Source of the DNA: a virus
Strand: one strand, 5' to 3'
Length of the DNA stretch: 64,000 nucleotides
IMG/VR virus record: IMGVR_UViG_3300032308_001297
Location: 1 to 64,000 of that record
Shown: positions 6,825 through 16,853 of the stretch, piece after piece
Numbering within the stretch: the first letter of the stretch is position 1
Layout: each line of letters opens with the position of its first letter
Translations under genes and position numbers: made by a program
The notes under the pieces: generated by a model
The model's database searches: none
Told to the model about the DNA's origin: nothing
Seen by the model: the letters and a program-made list of their open reading frames with translations, nothing else

Positions 6825-9308
6825 ATGTCATTTTATACGAACGTATATTTAAGAGGTAATAGAGTTTATGTTAGGGGGTTTGATAAAGGATTAAGGTTCA
6901 AAGACGTTGTTAATTATACACCATATTTGTTCATCCCCAAAGCAAATGGTAACTATAAAACATTAGATGGAAAGTCTGTAGGTAAGCTCGATTTTGATTC
7001 TGTAAGTGATGCGAGAGATTTTATTTCTCGATACGAGCAAGTATCAAATATGGAGATCTATGGCCTAACAACATTTTTGTATTTGTATATTTTTGATAAT
7101 TATAAGGGTGATATTGATTACGATCCTAAACTTGTTAACATTGCAACAATAGATATTGAGTGTGCTGCCGATGAAGGGTTTCCAGATATTCAAAGGGCTG
7201 ATAAGCCTCTTACTGCAATCACTCTTCGAAGTAGGAATCGTAATTTTGTTTTCGGTTGTGGTGATTTTAAAACTGATGACGTAAATACGTATTATATGAA
7301 ATGTAAAGATGAGTATGAACTCATACAGAAGTTTCTAGAGTGTTGGGAAAATTTAGATATCGATATTATTACAGGGTGGAACATTGAGTTCTTTGATATT
7401 CCGTATATTGTTAATCGCATTCGCAACCTATTTAACGATACTGAAGCTCGTCGTCTATCTCCATGGCGTATTCTCGACGAGAAGATTGTCGAGTTCAGAG
7501 GCAAAGAAAATCAGAGCTTTAATCCAGCTGGTATCTCCGTTCTTGATTATTATCAGTTATATCGTAAGTTCATGTTTGGTAATCAAGAATCTTATAAGTT
7601 GGATTTTATCGCAAACGTGGAACTGGGCGAAAAGAAGATTGACTACTCTGAGTATGGTAACCTACTCGAGTTATACAAAAATAATCACCAGAAGTTTATT
7701 GAATATAACATTCACGATTGTGTTTTGGTTGATCGTCTAGATGATAAATTAAAATTCCTAGAACAATCTATGGCCATTGCTTATGACGCCAAGGTTAATT
7801 ACCCTGACGTTATGACGACTGTGCGTCCATGGGATATTATTATTCATAACTATCTTCTTGATCAGGGAATTGTTATTCCTCCAATGAAGAAGCAACAGAT
7901 GGATGGTGCACTTATTGGAGGCCACGTTAAAGAGCCAAAGATTGGATTAAGTAAGTGGGTTGTTTCTTTTGACTTGAACAGTCTATATCCTCATTTGATT
8001 ATGCAGTATAATATCAGTCCAGAAACATTTGCTGGTAAAGTTGATATGCCATCGGTTGATGGATTACTAGAGGGTAACTTTAAATTCGTTCATGATGATC
8101 TTTCGCATGCAGCTAATGGTTGTGCATATAGAAAAGATCAGCAGGGTTTCTTACCTGCACTTATGGAGAAGATGTATAACGATCGCACCAAGTATAAGAA
8201 GTTGATGCTTGAGGCCAAACAACGTTATGAGAATAAACCTAACTCTGAAGATGAGAAGTTAGTTGCTCGTTATCATAATATGCAGATGGCCAAAAAGATT
8301 CAGTTAAACTCTGCTTACGGCGCAATGGCTAATCAGTGGTTCCGTTGGTTTAACTTCGATCACGCAGAAGCAATTACAATGTCAGGGCAGCTTTCTATTC
8401 GTTGGATTGAAAAGAAGATGAACCTGTTTATGAATAAGGTTCTTAACAATCATAATATAGCGGATAGAGATTATGTTATCGCATCTGATACAGATTCTAT
8501 TTACGTTGAAATGGATCATTTGGTAGCTCACCTAGATACCGATAACGAATTAGATATTGTCGTTGCTATTGATAAATTCTGCGAACAAAAGATTCAGCCT
8601 TATCTAGATAAGTGTTACGAAGAACTTGCTGTATATATGAATGCGTATCAGCAAAAAATGAAAATGAAGAGGGAAACAATTGCGAACAAAGGTATTTGGC
8701 GTGGCAAAAAAATGTATATCCTCAACGCTTGGAATGTTGAGGGCGTACAATATTCGGAACCCAAACTTAAACTCCAAGGTATTGAAGCGGTACGTTCGAG
8801 CACTCCAAAGGCGTGTAGAGAAAACATTAAAAAATCTTTAGGAATTATTATGAACGGAACTCAGGATGAATTACAAAAATTCATTCAAGATTTCCGCGAA
8901 GAATTTATTTCGTTACCGTTTGAAGATGTTGCTTTCCCAAGAGGCGTAAAATATCTAGGAAAGTATTCTAAAAACAGAAACCAGATATACGATAAGGGAA
9001 CTCCAATTCACATCAAGGGTGCATTAATCTTTAATAATCTATTGAAGAAGCATGGAATTACTAGTATTCCTGCAATCCAAGACGGTGATAAGATTCGTTT
9101 CGCTTATCTAAAGATTCCTAATCCTGTGCAGGAATCTGTTGTTGCAGTTCCTGATGAATTACCAAAGGAACTTGAATTTATCGATAAGTATATTGACAGA
9201 GAAATGCAATTCAATAAATCATTCCTAGAACCGCTCAAATCTATTACAGAAGTAATTGGTTGGGCTACGGAGAAACATTCAAACTTAGAGGATTTTTTCA
9301 ATGACTGA
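6825..9308 (+). CDS. gp43: T4-like DNA polymerase (family B)
   Basis: DIE exonuclease motif, SFDLNSLYP, KIQLNSAYG, SDTDS; no intein. Confidence 0.97.
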   Translation: MSFYTNVYLRGNRVYVRGFDKGLRFKDVVNYTPYLFIPKANGNYKTLDGKSVGKLDFDSVSDARDFISRYEQVSNMEIYGLTTFLYLYIFDNYKGDIDYDPKLVNIATIDIECAADEGFPDIQRADKPLTAITLRSRNRNFVFGCGDFKTDDVNTYYMKCKDEYELIQKFLECWENLDIDIITGWNIEFFDIPYIVNRIRNLFNDTEARRLSPWRILDEKIVEFRGKENQSFNPAGISVLDYYQLYRKFMFGNQESYKLDFIANVELGEKKIDYSEYGNLLELYKNNHQKFIEYNIHDCVLVDRLDDKLKFLEQSMAIAYDAKVNYPDVMTTVRPWDIIIHNYLLDQGIVIPPMKKQQMDGALIGGHVKEPKIGLSKWVVSFDLNSLYPHLIMQYNISPETFAGKVDMPSVDGLLEGNFKFVHDDLSHAANGCAYRKDQQGFLPALMEKMYNDRTKYKKLMLEAKQRYENKPNSEDEKLVARYHNMQMAKKIQLNSAYGAMANQWFRWFNFDHAEAITMSGQLSIRWIEKKMNLFMNKVLNNHNIADRDYVIASDTDSIYVEMDHLVAHLDTDNELDIVVAIDKFCEQKIQPYLDKCYEELAVYMNAYQQKMKMKRETIANKGIWRGKKMYILNAWNVEGVQYSEPKLKLQGIEAVRSSTPKACRENIKKSLGIIMNGTQDELQKFIQDFREEFISLPFEDVAFPRGVKYLGKYSKNRNQIYDKGTPIHIKGALIFNNLLKKHGITSIPAIQDGDKIRFAYLKIPNPVQESVVAVPDELPKELEFIDKYIDREMQFNKSFLEPLKSITEVIGWATEKHSNLEDFFND

Positions 9309-9561
9309 TACACCAGAGGACGATTTTGAATTTGACTTTGGATTTACTTCTGAAGATGAATTAAAAGCAGGAGAATTAGAGTTACAAGATCAATTAGGAT
9401 CTACGCAAGTAAAACTCGAAGGTCTCCGTAAGATGGTTATGCCGCTTCTTCTTAATCTAAAGAAGAACCCAGACAAAGATATTATTAAATGGGCTGGCGC
9501 CGATCGTGTTAAACAAATTGACACATTCATAAAAAAGATGGACGCCTATATTAAGAGTTGA
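9301..9561 (+). CDS. conserved T4-like phage hypothetical protein
   Basis: FDFGF and PLLLNLKKNPDKDIIKW motifs; lies between gp43 and uvsX. Confidence 0.7.
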   Translation: MTDTPEDDFEFDFGFTSEDELKAGELELQDQLGSTQVKLEGLRKMVMPLLLNLKKNPDKDIIKWAGADRVKQIDTFIKKMDAYIKS

Positions 9562-9586
9562 TTTTTTGCTGTGTTTAAGCTATACT
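9558..9586 (+). promoter_or_regulatory. sigma70-like promoter upstream of uvsX
   Basis: TTGATT-N17-TATACT. Confidence 0.55.
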
Positions 9587-9610
9587 ATATGAAATAGTAT
9601 TGGAGGTTTT

Positions 9611-10657
9611 ATGTCGCTAAAAGAACGTTTGATTAAGAATTCTACAATTGATTACACATCTACACTAACTGACTCGAAGATCTATACGAAGAAAGATATG
9701 ATTCAGACTCCAGTGCCAATGATTAACGTGGCATTGTCTGGATCTATTGACGGTGGTGTTACTCCGGGACTGACGATGTTAGCAGGACCATCAAAGCATT
9801 TCAAAACTGGATTTGCTTTGCTGCTAGCATCGTCATTTCTGAAGAAGTATCCAGACGGTGTTATTCTATTCTATGATTCAGAATTTGGTACACCACAGTC
9901 ATACTTTAATAAGTTCAAGATTCCATTAGACTCTGTTGTTCATACACCAATTACTGATGTTGAAGAACTAAAGTTCGACATCATGAAGCAGTTAAAAGAA
10001 ATCAAACGAGAGGATCAAGTTCTAATTATTATTGATTCGATTGGTAATCTTGCATCGAAGAAAGAAGTTGAAGATGCTATGAACGAGAAGTCAGTTGCTG
10101 ATATGTCTCGTGCAAAACAATTAAAGTCTTTATTCAGAATGATCACTCCTCATCTTACGTTGAAAGATATTCCTCTTGTGGCAGTCAATCATACTTACAA
10201 AGAAATTGGTATGTTCCCTAAAGATATCGTTGGTGGTGGCACTGGCGCATATTATGGTGCAGACAATATTTGGATTTTAGGAAGACAGCAGGATAAAGAT
10301 GGCACAGAGATTCAGGGCTACCATTTTGTCATCAATATTGAGAAATCCCGTTACGTTCGTGAAAAATCTAAGGTTCCGATTACCGTTAGCTATGAGGGTG
10401 GTATTAATCGTTGGAGTGGTTTGCTTGACATTGCCATTGAAGGCGGTTACGTGGCTAAACCAAAGGTGGGATGGTATGCCATCGTCAATCGTGAAACTGG
10501 GGAAGTTGATGGAAAGAATTTCCGAGCAGCTGATATCGTGGACTCTAAAGAATTTTGGATGAGCATTTTCGAAACAACCGATTTTGCTGCATATATCAAA
10601 CGCAAATATTCTCTTGATACAGAAGGTAGTTTAGTTTACGACGAAGAAGATGCTTAA
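9611..10657 (+). CDS. uvsX: RecA-like recombinase
   Basis: AGPSKHFKT Walker A, YDSEFG, DSIGNLASKKE, DMSRAK. Confidence 0.96.
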   Translation: MSLKERLIKNSTIDYTSTLTDSKIYTKKDMIQTPVPMINVALSGSIDGGVTPGLTMLAGPSKHFKTGFALLLASSFLKKYPDGVILFYDSEFGTPQSYFNKFKIPLDSVVHTPITDVEELKFDIMKQLKEIKREDQVLIIIDSIGNLASKKEVEDAMNEKSVADMSRAKQLKSLFRMITPHLTLKDIPLVAVNHTYKEIGMFPKDIVGGGTGAYYGADNIWILGRQQDKDGTEIQGYHFVINIEKSRYVREKSKVPITVSYEGGINRWSGLLDIAIEGGYVAKPKVGWYAIVNRETGEVDGKNFRAADIVDSKEFWMSIFETTDFAAYIKRKYSLDTEGSLVYDEEDA

Positions 10658-11237
10658 AGAACATTTTGTTAATCAATTCGACAATTTCATTTGTGGATGG
10701 TATATTGATAAAAATGTTTGTGAAGATCTAATTCAGTATCATAAAAATTGTGCAAATAAAAAACTTGGTACATTTGGAGCCCAAAAGAAAGTTAATAAAA
10801 AAATAAAAGATAGTATAGATTGTGTTCTAGAAGATTCAGAACTCAGTAAAACATACTATGCTGAATTACAAAAATGTGTAGATCTTTATATCGAAAAATA
10901 TAAAGGTTGTAACGTTGGGCCAGCATGGAAAAATACTGAAAATGCAAACTTACAATATTATGAACCAGGAGGAGGCTATCACTCTTGGCATTGCGAAAGA
11001 TATGTTATGTCACCACCAGAAATATACAGACATTTGGTGTTCATGACATATTTAAACGATGTAAATGATGCTGGTGAAACAGAATTTATGTATCAAAAAA
11101 TAAAAATAAAGCCAGAAACAGGATTGACGTTAATCTGGCCAGCAGATTGGACATTTACACACAGAGGGATTGCCTCTCCGACTGAAAAGAAGTATATTTA
11201 CACTGGGTGGTTTAATTTTTACACGGAGGATAAATGA
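10650..11237 (+). CDS. 2OG-Fe(II) oxygenase
   Basis: YHSWHCE, FMTYLNDV..GETEF, WPADWTFTHRG, KYIYTGW. Confidence 0.9.
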   Translation: MLKEHFVNQFDNFICGWYIDKNVCEDLIQYHKNCANKKLGTFGAQKKVNKKIKDSIDCVLEDSELSKTYYAELQKCVDLYIEKYKGCNVGPAWKNTENANLQYYEPGGGYHSWHCERYVMSPPEIYRHLVFMTYLNDVNDAGETEFMYQKIKIKPETGLTLIWPADWTFTHRGIASPTEKKYIYTGWFNFYTEDK

Positions 11238-12640
11238 ATATTGAGAGAATAATCCTGTCTAATCTTATATTTAACGATAAATATAACAGAAAGGTTATTC
11301 CTTTTCTAAAGAGTGAATATTTCCAGGATTATCCTGAACGTGTTGTCTTTGATCTCATTGACGAATATGTAAAGAAATATAACTCTTTTCCTTCTACAGA
11401 AGCGTTAGCAATAGACCTGTCTAATAAAGAAGGACTAAACGATCAGACATTCAAAAACAGTAAAGATGTAATTACTGCTCTTGAGGCTGATTCTAACACT
11501 CAACTAGATTGGCTCTTGGATCATACAGAAAAATTCTGTCAGGATAAATCGCTTTATCTTGCTATCATGCAGTCAATTAAGATAATGGATGAGAAAAATG
11601 GACAAATCTCCAAAGGAAGTATTCCATCAATACTTACTGACGCTCTCGCTGTCTCTTTTGATACCAGCATTGGTCATGATTTTCTGGATAACAGTGATGA
11701 GAGATACGAATTCTACCATCGTAAAGAGAAAAGAATTCCTTTCGACATTGAATACCTTAACACAATTACAAATGGTGGCTTGCCCGAAAAAACCCTCAAC
11801 ATTGCCTTGGCTGGGACAGGAGTTGGTAAATCCATGTTCATGTGCCACTGCGCAGCAAGTAATCTCACGAGGGGATATAACGTACTGTATATCACGCTAG
11901 AGATGTCAGAGGAACGCATCGCTGAAAGAATCGATGCGAACCTTCTTGATGTTTCTATTGAAGAATTGGAATTGCTTCCTAAACAATCTTATGATACAAA
12001 AATTAATAGACTTAAAGAAAAGTACACAAGTAAACTGATCATCAAGGAATATCCAACAGCTGGTGCTGGTTCTGCTAATTTTCGTCATCTATTAAACGAA
12101 TTAAAGATTAAAAAGAATTTCGTTCCTGATATCATATATATTGATTATCTGAATATTTGTATGTCATCGAGGCTGAAGTATGGATCCAACGTCAATTCTT
12201 ATACCCTTATCAAATCCATCGCAGAAGAGCTCCGTGGGTTGGCCGTTGAGTTCAGCGTCCCTATCGTCAGTGCAACTCAAACAACTAGAAGCGGATATTC
12301 GAACAGCGACGTGGGATTGGAGGATACATCGGAATCCTTTGGACTCCCAGCCACAGCTGATTTTATGTTTGCCCTCATTGGATCAGAGGAACTTGAAAGT
12401 CTCAACCAAATCATGGTTAAGCAACTCAAGAATCGTTATTCCGATCCTAGCTCTAATCGTAGGTTTATTGTTGGGATTGACCGTAGCAAAATGCGACTAT
12501 ATGACGTGGATCAATCTGCTCAAGACGGACTTGTCGACGATCGTCCAGTAATGGATAAAGGCAAGTTCATGGAGGAAGAAAATGAGCGACACAAACCAAA
12601 ACCAAAGTTCGACAGAAGCAAGTTCGAAGGATTCAAGTGA
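11234..12640 (+). CDS. gp41: replicative DNA helicase
   Basis: AGTGVGKS, ITLEMSEE, IDYLNI, SESFGLPATAD, KQLKNRY. Confidence 0.96.
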   Translation: MNIERIILSNLIFNDKYNRKVIPFLKSEYFQDYPERVVFDLIDEYVKKYNSFPSTEALAIDLSNKEGLNDQTFKNSKDVITALEADSNTQLDWLLDHTEKFCQDKSLYLAIMQSIKIMDEKNGQISKGSIPSILTDALAVSFDTSIGHDFLDNSDERYEFYHRKEKRIPFDIEYLNTITNGGLPEKTLNIALAGTGVGKSMFMCHCAASNLTRGYNVLYITLEMSEERIAERIDANLLDVSIEELELLPKQSYDTKINRLKEKYTSKLIIKEYPTAGAGSANFRHLLNELKIKKNFVPDIIYIDYLNICMSSRLKYGSNVNSYTLIKSIAEELRGLAVEFSVPIVSATQTTRSGYSNSDVGLEDTSESFGLPATADFMFALIGSEELESLNQIMVKQLKNRYSDPSSNRRFIVGIDRSKMRLYDVDQSAQDGLVDDRPVMDKGKFMEEENERHKPKPKFDRSKFEGFK

Positions 12641-12782
12641 AGAATGGATACTTGCTATGGCGGAAGATGTCTGGTTGAAGGTTAAAGGATATCCTATTCC
12701 GGATTGTTACAGTAGAAAAGATCGTTTAGAAATATTCGAAAGATATTATCATCGTGCAGTTGCACAATCACAGGGAGAATGA
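12582..12782 (+). CDS. small hypothetical protein, similar to the N-domain of the next gene
   Basis: GGAGG SD at 12571; AEDVWLKVKGYPIP resembles ADEFWLEINEYPIP in 12787..13602. Confidence 0.6.
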   Translation: MSDTNQNQSSTEASSKDSSEEWILAMAEDVWLKVKGYPIPDCYSRKDRLEIFERYYHRAVAQSQGE

Positions 12783-12786
12783 TTGT

Positions 12787-13602
12787 ATGAATTCGCGTGA
12801 TATATTTGTCAACAATCAATTTATCTTAGACGAACATTTTAACGAACAACGACGTGCTTTATACGCTAAAAGAATTACGCCACAGGAAGTTAATGAAACG
12901 CTTGCTTCAAGATTAGCGGACGAATTCTGGTTGGAAATAAATGAATATCCGATACCAGAATTTGTCTCTAGCGAAGAGAAAAGAAATATATTTCTACACT
13001 TTTTACCATTAGTTTTACAGAAAAGAAAAGAAAAACCACCATTTCAATATTATAAAAAATATGATGTTAAAGATTTAAAAGAAGAAATATTAAATTTAGA
13101 AGAAAATTATTGGGACATGGGATTTAAAAGGTTACAAAGACAAACCGAACAAATTCATAAACATACACAAATTATAGGTAATACTTTATTTTCTCTTGAT
13201 TATAATGGTAATGGTGTTATTAACGTCATAAAAAATGATTTAATCCCTAGTAATATTCAATATATGACAGACGAGATAGTTTCTGATTTAGAACGACAAT
13301 TTGATGGTAAAGTTTTGATATCTGGATACACTAGGTTAAATGTTGGTAATAAAATTAATCCTCATATAGATGATCTTTATTATTTTAAAATTGTTAGAAG
13401 GTTTCAGATAGCCATTTTAACCAATTCAAAAGTGTTTTTTAATATAGACGACCAAACTAAAGTGTTTGACGAAGGAGATTGTTACGAAGTAAATAATCTC
13501 ATAAAGCATTCAATACTTAACGAGGGCGAAACAGACAGAATTAATCTTCTTGTTGATATTCTCCCTAATCAAAAGATAAAATCGTATAATATACATTACT
13601 GA
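12787..13602 (+). CDS. aspartyl/asparaginyl beta-hydroxylase-like 2OG-Fe(II) oxygenase
   Basis: INPHID, YEVNNLIKHSILN.GETDRINL motifs. Confidence 0.8.
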   Translation: MNSRDIFVNNQFILDEHFNEQRRALYAKRITPQEVNETLASRLADEFWLEINEYPIPEFVSSEEKRNIFLHFLPLVLQKRKEKPPFQYYKKYDVKDLKEEILNLEENYWDMGFKRLQRQTEQIHKHTQIIGNTLFSLDYNGNGVINVIKNDLIPSNIQYMTDEIVSDLERQFDGKVLISGYTRLNVGNKINPHIDDLYYFKIVRRFQIAILTNSKVFFNIDDQTKVFDEGDCYEVNNLIKHSILNEGETDRINLLVDILPNQKIKSYNIHY

Positions 13603-13611
13603 AAGGAAAAT

Positions 13612-13716
13612 ATGATACCTAATTGGTTAAGAATATTCATTCCAGCTATGCTTATTGCAGGATTATTCAGAGTAATTTTGATTCATTTCATACCGTTGAT
13701 TTATCATGAATTTTAA
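13612..13716 (+). CDS. small membrane peptide (34 aa)
   Basis: MIPNWLRIFIPAMLIAGLFRVILIHFIPLIYHEF; AAGGA SD. Confidence 0.5.
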   Translation: MIPNWLRIFIPAMLIAGLFRVILIHFIPLIYHEF

Positions 13717-13804
13717 TCCTATAGGAGTAGCTGCTGTTAAAGCAGCATTAATAGCAAACGCATTTTACGTAATTCTAAAAACAGTAGCGGAGCACAAATG
13801 GTAA
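13706..13804 (+). CDS. small hydrophobic peptide (32 aa)
   Basis: MNFNPIGVAAVKAALIANAFYVILKTVAEHKW; fills the gap and overlaps both neighbours. Confidence 0.4.
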   Translation: MNFNPIGVAAVKAALIANAFYVILKTVAEHKW

Positions 13805-13998
13805 TATGTTCTTGTAATATGATAACTACTGATAATATTCGGGCGGTTCTGACATATGCCACAGATCCGAACGTAAGGCAGGTTCTCAACATGTTAAATT
13901 GGGAACCTGGTTGTGCAATCTGTGCTAATAATCTAGCTACAGAGATTCGTAAGGTGATGGAGGAGTTTGAAAATGGCGATGAATTACAAGGTTGTTGA
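13798..13998 (+). CDS. bfd: BFD-like [2Fe-2S] ferredoxin
   Basis: MVICSCN...CAIC cysteine pattern, 66 aa. Confidence 0.8.
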   Translation: MVICSCNMITTDNIRAVLTYATDPNVRQVLNMLNWEPGCAICANNLATEIRKVMEEFENGDELQGC

Positions 13999-14185
13999 GA
14001 TTGGTGGTTCTTATTGCGTAGAGGAAAATACTACAGGTCTTATTATCGAGGCATATAATACTCAGGAAGAAGCCAAAAAAAAGATGAAATTTTTGAATTT
14101 AGGTGGCGCTTTTGATGGTTTTTCTCCTTCTTTTATCCTTAGTGAAAAGGCAAGAAAACTAAATATTACCAGCAGAAATATGTAG
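13973..14185 (+). CDS. conserved T4-like phage hypothetical protein
   Basis: LNLGGAFDGFSPSF motif; GGAG SD. Confidence 0.65.
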   Translation: MAMNYKVVEIGGSYCVEENTTGLIIEAYNTQEEAKKKMKFLNLGGAFDGFSPSFILSEKARKLNITSRNM

Positions 14186-14290
14186 TCCACTGAAGTGGAA
14201 GCGGCACGAGCCTAAAATAAGAAAGGGCCACGGAATAGTCTGGAGAAAACGGTGGGGTTCCGCCAGACCGTATTTATGCTAGAAGCAATT
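14186..14290 (+). ncRNA. candidate structured non-coding RNA
   Basis: GC-rich intergenic stretch with several stems: TCCAC/GTGGA, GGC/GCC, ACG..GTCTGG/CCAGAC-CGT, inner CGG/CCG. Confidence 0.4.
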
Positions 14291-14291
14291 C

Positions 14292-14318
14292 GGGCGGGGA
14301 GAAATCCTCGCCCTTTTT
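14292..14318 (+). terminator. intrinsic terminator
   Basis: GGGCGGGGA-GAAA-TCCTCGCCC-TTTTT. Confidence 0.85.
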
Positions 14319-14323
14319 CGTAT

Positions 14324-14331
14324 TATAAATA
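14324..14331 (+). promoter_or_regulatory. T4-type late promoter
   Basis: TATAAATA directly after the terminator, before the head-protein block. Confidence 0.75.
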
Positions 14332-14358
14332 TGATAAAATATTATTTAAGGGGATCCT

Positions 14359-15645
14359 ATGTTAAATTTTTCAACTTTTTTGTTAGAAGCCAGAAGCGCA
14401 GAAACCGAATTGAAAAACGTGGAAGACGCCAAAGGTAAATTGTTCGAAATATTATCTGGTTCTTATCTCCTTCATGGAGCTCATTCTAAAACTGGTCTCC
14501 CTAAAAAATTCCTAGAACATTATAGAGATGAAGATGGATTTCGTCCTCAAGAAATTCATGATAAAATTAAAACAGCATTACAAAAGCTATCCCCAGGAAT
14601 GTATGAGCAAGTGGTTCAACACGCCAAATCAGCTGCTGATCATTTAAAAGGACAATTGCAATCAAGAAATATCCATAACATAGATAATTTGGCTTGGACT
14701 TCACAAAAAGGAGATCATGAAAGGTTTACTGGCACTGATGATCCAAATTCCGATGCCGATTTGATGGTCAAAGGAAGAGATCAAAACGGAACTGTTATTG
14801 ATCCAGTTGGAATGAGTATGAAATATGGAAAACAAAAAGACCCAAACCTAAGAGGTAATGGTCTAGATGCTCTAGAAAAAATTGCTGGTTTAAACAAAGG
14901 CGATTTAGAAGGTTTAAGAGAAGCTCATTATGATCATGTCAGAAGTCTCGGACTTCAAACAGGCAAAGCTGGCGACTCTGAATATAAACGTCTTTCCGCT
15001 CAAAACCATCCAACAGCTAAATCAGTTGACGAACACGCTTTACAAACTCAACAAGAATTATCAAAAAGATTTACTAAAGGTCTTGGTAAATTATCTTCGG
15101 ATGAATTAAGAAATTCAATTAAAAATATTATTGCACCAGAAACAAAATATCTCCACATAAGACATCATACACAAGTTGGTAATGACGGATCTCCAAACCA
15201 TGAAACACATAACGTTCAAGATCACGCTAGTAAAGTTCTTGGCGATTACGAAGAATTTAGAGTAAGACCTCATTCTGGAGGTATTTCTGCAGTTATTGAA
15301 GGTAGAAGAAAAGGTTCTAATGATTTTGAAAGAGCTATGGAAATTGGTATGAAAAAAAACAGAACATATTCTGCTCGTGGTTTCAACTCATTTACTAAAG
15401 CTCCAATGTTAAGAGAAGGCAGAAAAACGAAAGTTAAAAAACTTTCTGATATGCCAGCGATTGCAACTGCAAAAGCCACTAAAGTTAAAGCCAAACCTGC
15501 TGCTCCTGCTCCATCACAGAGTCCAAATCTTGGAGAATTTGGTCAGCACAGAGGCGAAGGACCAAACGTTGGGAAACAATTACCAAGACACTATCAAGCA
15601 TATAAAGATTCGAATCATATGGGTTTTAAGGATAGCGGAATATGA
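14359..15645 (+). CDS. putative internal head protein, possibly with a PD-(D/E)XK-like nuclease fold
   Basis: MLNFSTFLLE capsid-targeting-like N-terminus; ADLMV...GMSMKY resembles a D..SxK motif. Confidence 0.5.
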   Translation: MLNFSTFLLEARSAETELKNVEDAKGKLFEILSGSYLLHGAHSKTGLPKKFLEHYRDEDGFRPQEIHDKIKTALQKLSPGMYEQVVQHAKSAADHLKGQLQSRNIHNIDNLAWTSQKGDHERFTGTDDPNSDADLMVKGRDQNGTVIDPVGMSMKYGKQKDPNLRGNGLDALEKIAGLNKGDLEGLREAHYDHVRSLGLQTGKAGDSEYKRLSAQNHPTAKSVDEHALQTQQELSKRFTKGLGKLSSDELRNSIKNIIAPETKYLHIRHHTQVGNDGSPNHETHNVQDHASKVLGDYEEFRVRPHSGGISAVIEGRRKGSNDFERAMEIGMKKNRTYSARGFNSFTKAPMLREGRKTKVKKLSDMPAIATAKATKVKAKPAAPAPSQSPNLGEFGQHRGEGPNVGKQLPRHYQAYKDSNHMGFKDSGI

Positions 15646-16853
15646 GAATAGATTTTAAGACATTCTTAATAGAACAAGAGGAAGCAAAAGGCAAGCCATT
15701 AAAACATCTTCGTCATATCGAAGATTATGTTATTCATGGTGGTCATGAAGGAGTTGCTACTGCTGACGAGCACCTTCGTGGCATGCATGATATGTTGCTT
15801 GGTAAAAAATCAAGTTTACACGCTTCTACAAAATATGATGGTGCACCTTCAATTGTATTCGGTCAACATCCAGAAACTGGACAGTTTTTCGTAGCGTCAA
15901 AATCTGCTTTCAATAAAACTCCAAAAATAAATTATACTGAAGAAGACATTGAAAAAAATCATGGTCATGCTCCTGGATTGGTTGAGAAACTAAAACAATC
16001 CCTAAGACATCTTCCTGGTATAATGCCAAAAGAGGGTGGGATTTATCAGGGCGATTTAATGCACACAGAAGGCGATGCTGTAACTAAAAACGGTAAAACT
16101 TCTGTAACTCCTAATACATTAACATACTCTGCTCCTGCGGATTCAGCAGAAGGTAAAAATATGAACAAAAAACTTGGCGTTGTTGTTCATACAAAATATG
16201 CTGGTAAAGGTGGATTAGGTAATATGTCTGCTCAACCACTTGACGCCAAAACACGTGCAAAGTTTAAACAACATCCTGATGTTAATAATATAGATCCAAC
16301 TTTAGATGTCAATTCTTCAAATTATACTCCAGAAGAACAAAAAGCATTTTTAAATCATATGGATAAAGCCAAAAGAATTTATGCTTCTATGAAACCAGAA
16401 GCAACAGATGCATTAGATGGGCATGGAGAACATTTAGAAGCTCATGTCAATAGTATGATTAGAACTGGAGGAAATCCTTCTCTTCAAGGTTACATTGATC
16501 ATTTGTCTGCTAGACATCAAAAAGATTTAGATAAAGTCAAAACAGACGTTTCTAAACAGAAAAAAATTCAAGCTCACGGTGATGTATTAACACACATCAG
16601 TAATAACAGAGAACATTTTGAAAAAGCGTTGCAGCTTCATAGTCATTTACAAAATGCTAAAAATGTATTGACTAACGTTTTGGCGAAGAACTCTCCATAT
16701 GAGCATAGTGTTGCTGGCGAGCACACTGGCCCAGAAGGAACAGTTGTTGTTGATAAGAAAGGTAATGCTTCGAAGTTCAATAATAGAAGAGAATTTAATC
16801 GCCTAAATTTCTTGAAGGGCGCATTCCAGAAACAGCAGGTAGAAAATGCTTAA
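15642..16853 (+). CDS. DUF6267-like conserved T4-like protein (ligase-like KxDG motif)
   Basis: HLRHIED, TKYDGAPS, FFVASKSAFNK, YQGDLM, PEG..RREFNRLNF. Confidence 0.75.
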   Translation: MRIDFKTFLIEQEEAKGKPLKHLRHIEDYVIHGGHEGVATADEHLRGMHDMLLGKKSSLHASTKYDGAPSIVFGQHPETGQFFVASKSAFNKTPKINYTEEDIEKNHGHAPGLVEKLKQSLRHLPGIMPKEGGIYQGDLMHTEGDAVTKNGKTSVTPNTLTYSAPADSAEGKNMNKKLGVVVHTKYAGKGGLGNMSAQPLDAKTRAKFKQHPDVNNIDPTLDVNSSNYTPEEQKAFLNHMDKAKRIYASMKPEATDALDGHGEHLEAHVNSMIRTGGNPSLQGYIDHLSARHQKDLDKVKTDVSKQKKIQAHGDVLTHISNNREHFEKALQLHSHLQNAKNVLTNVLAKNSPYEHSVAGEHTGPEGTVVVDKKGNASKFNNRREFNRLNFLKGAFQKQQVENA

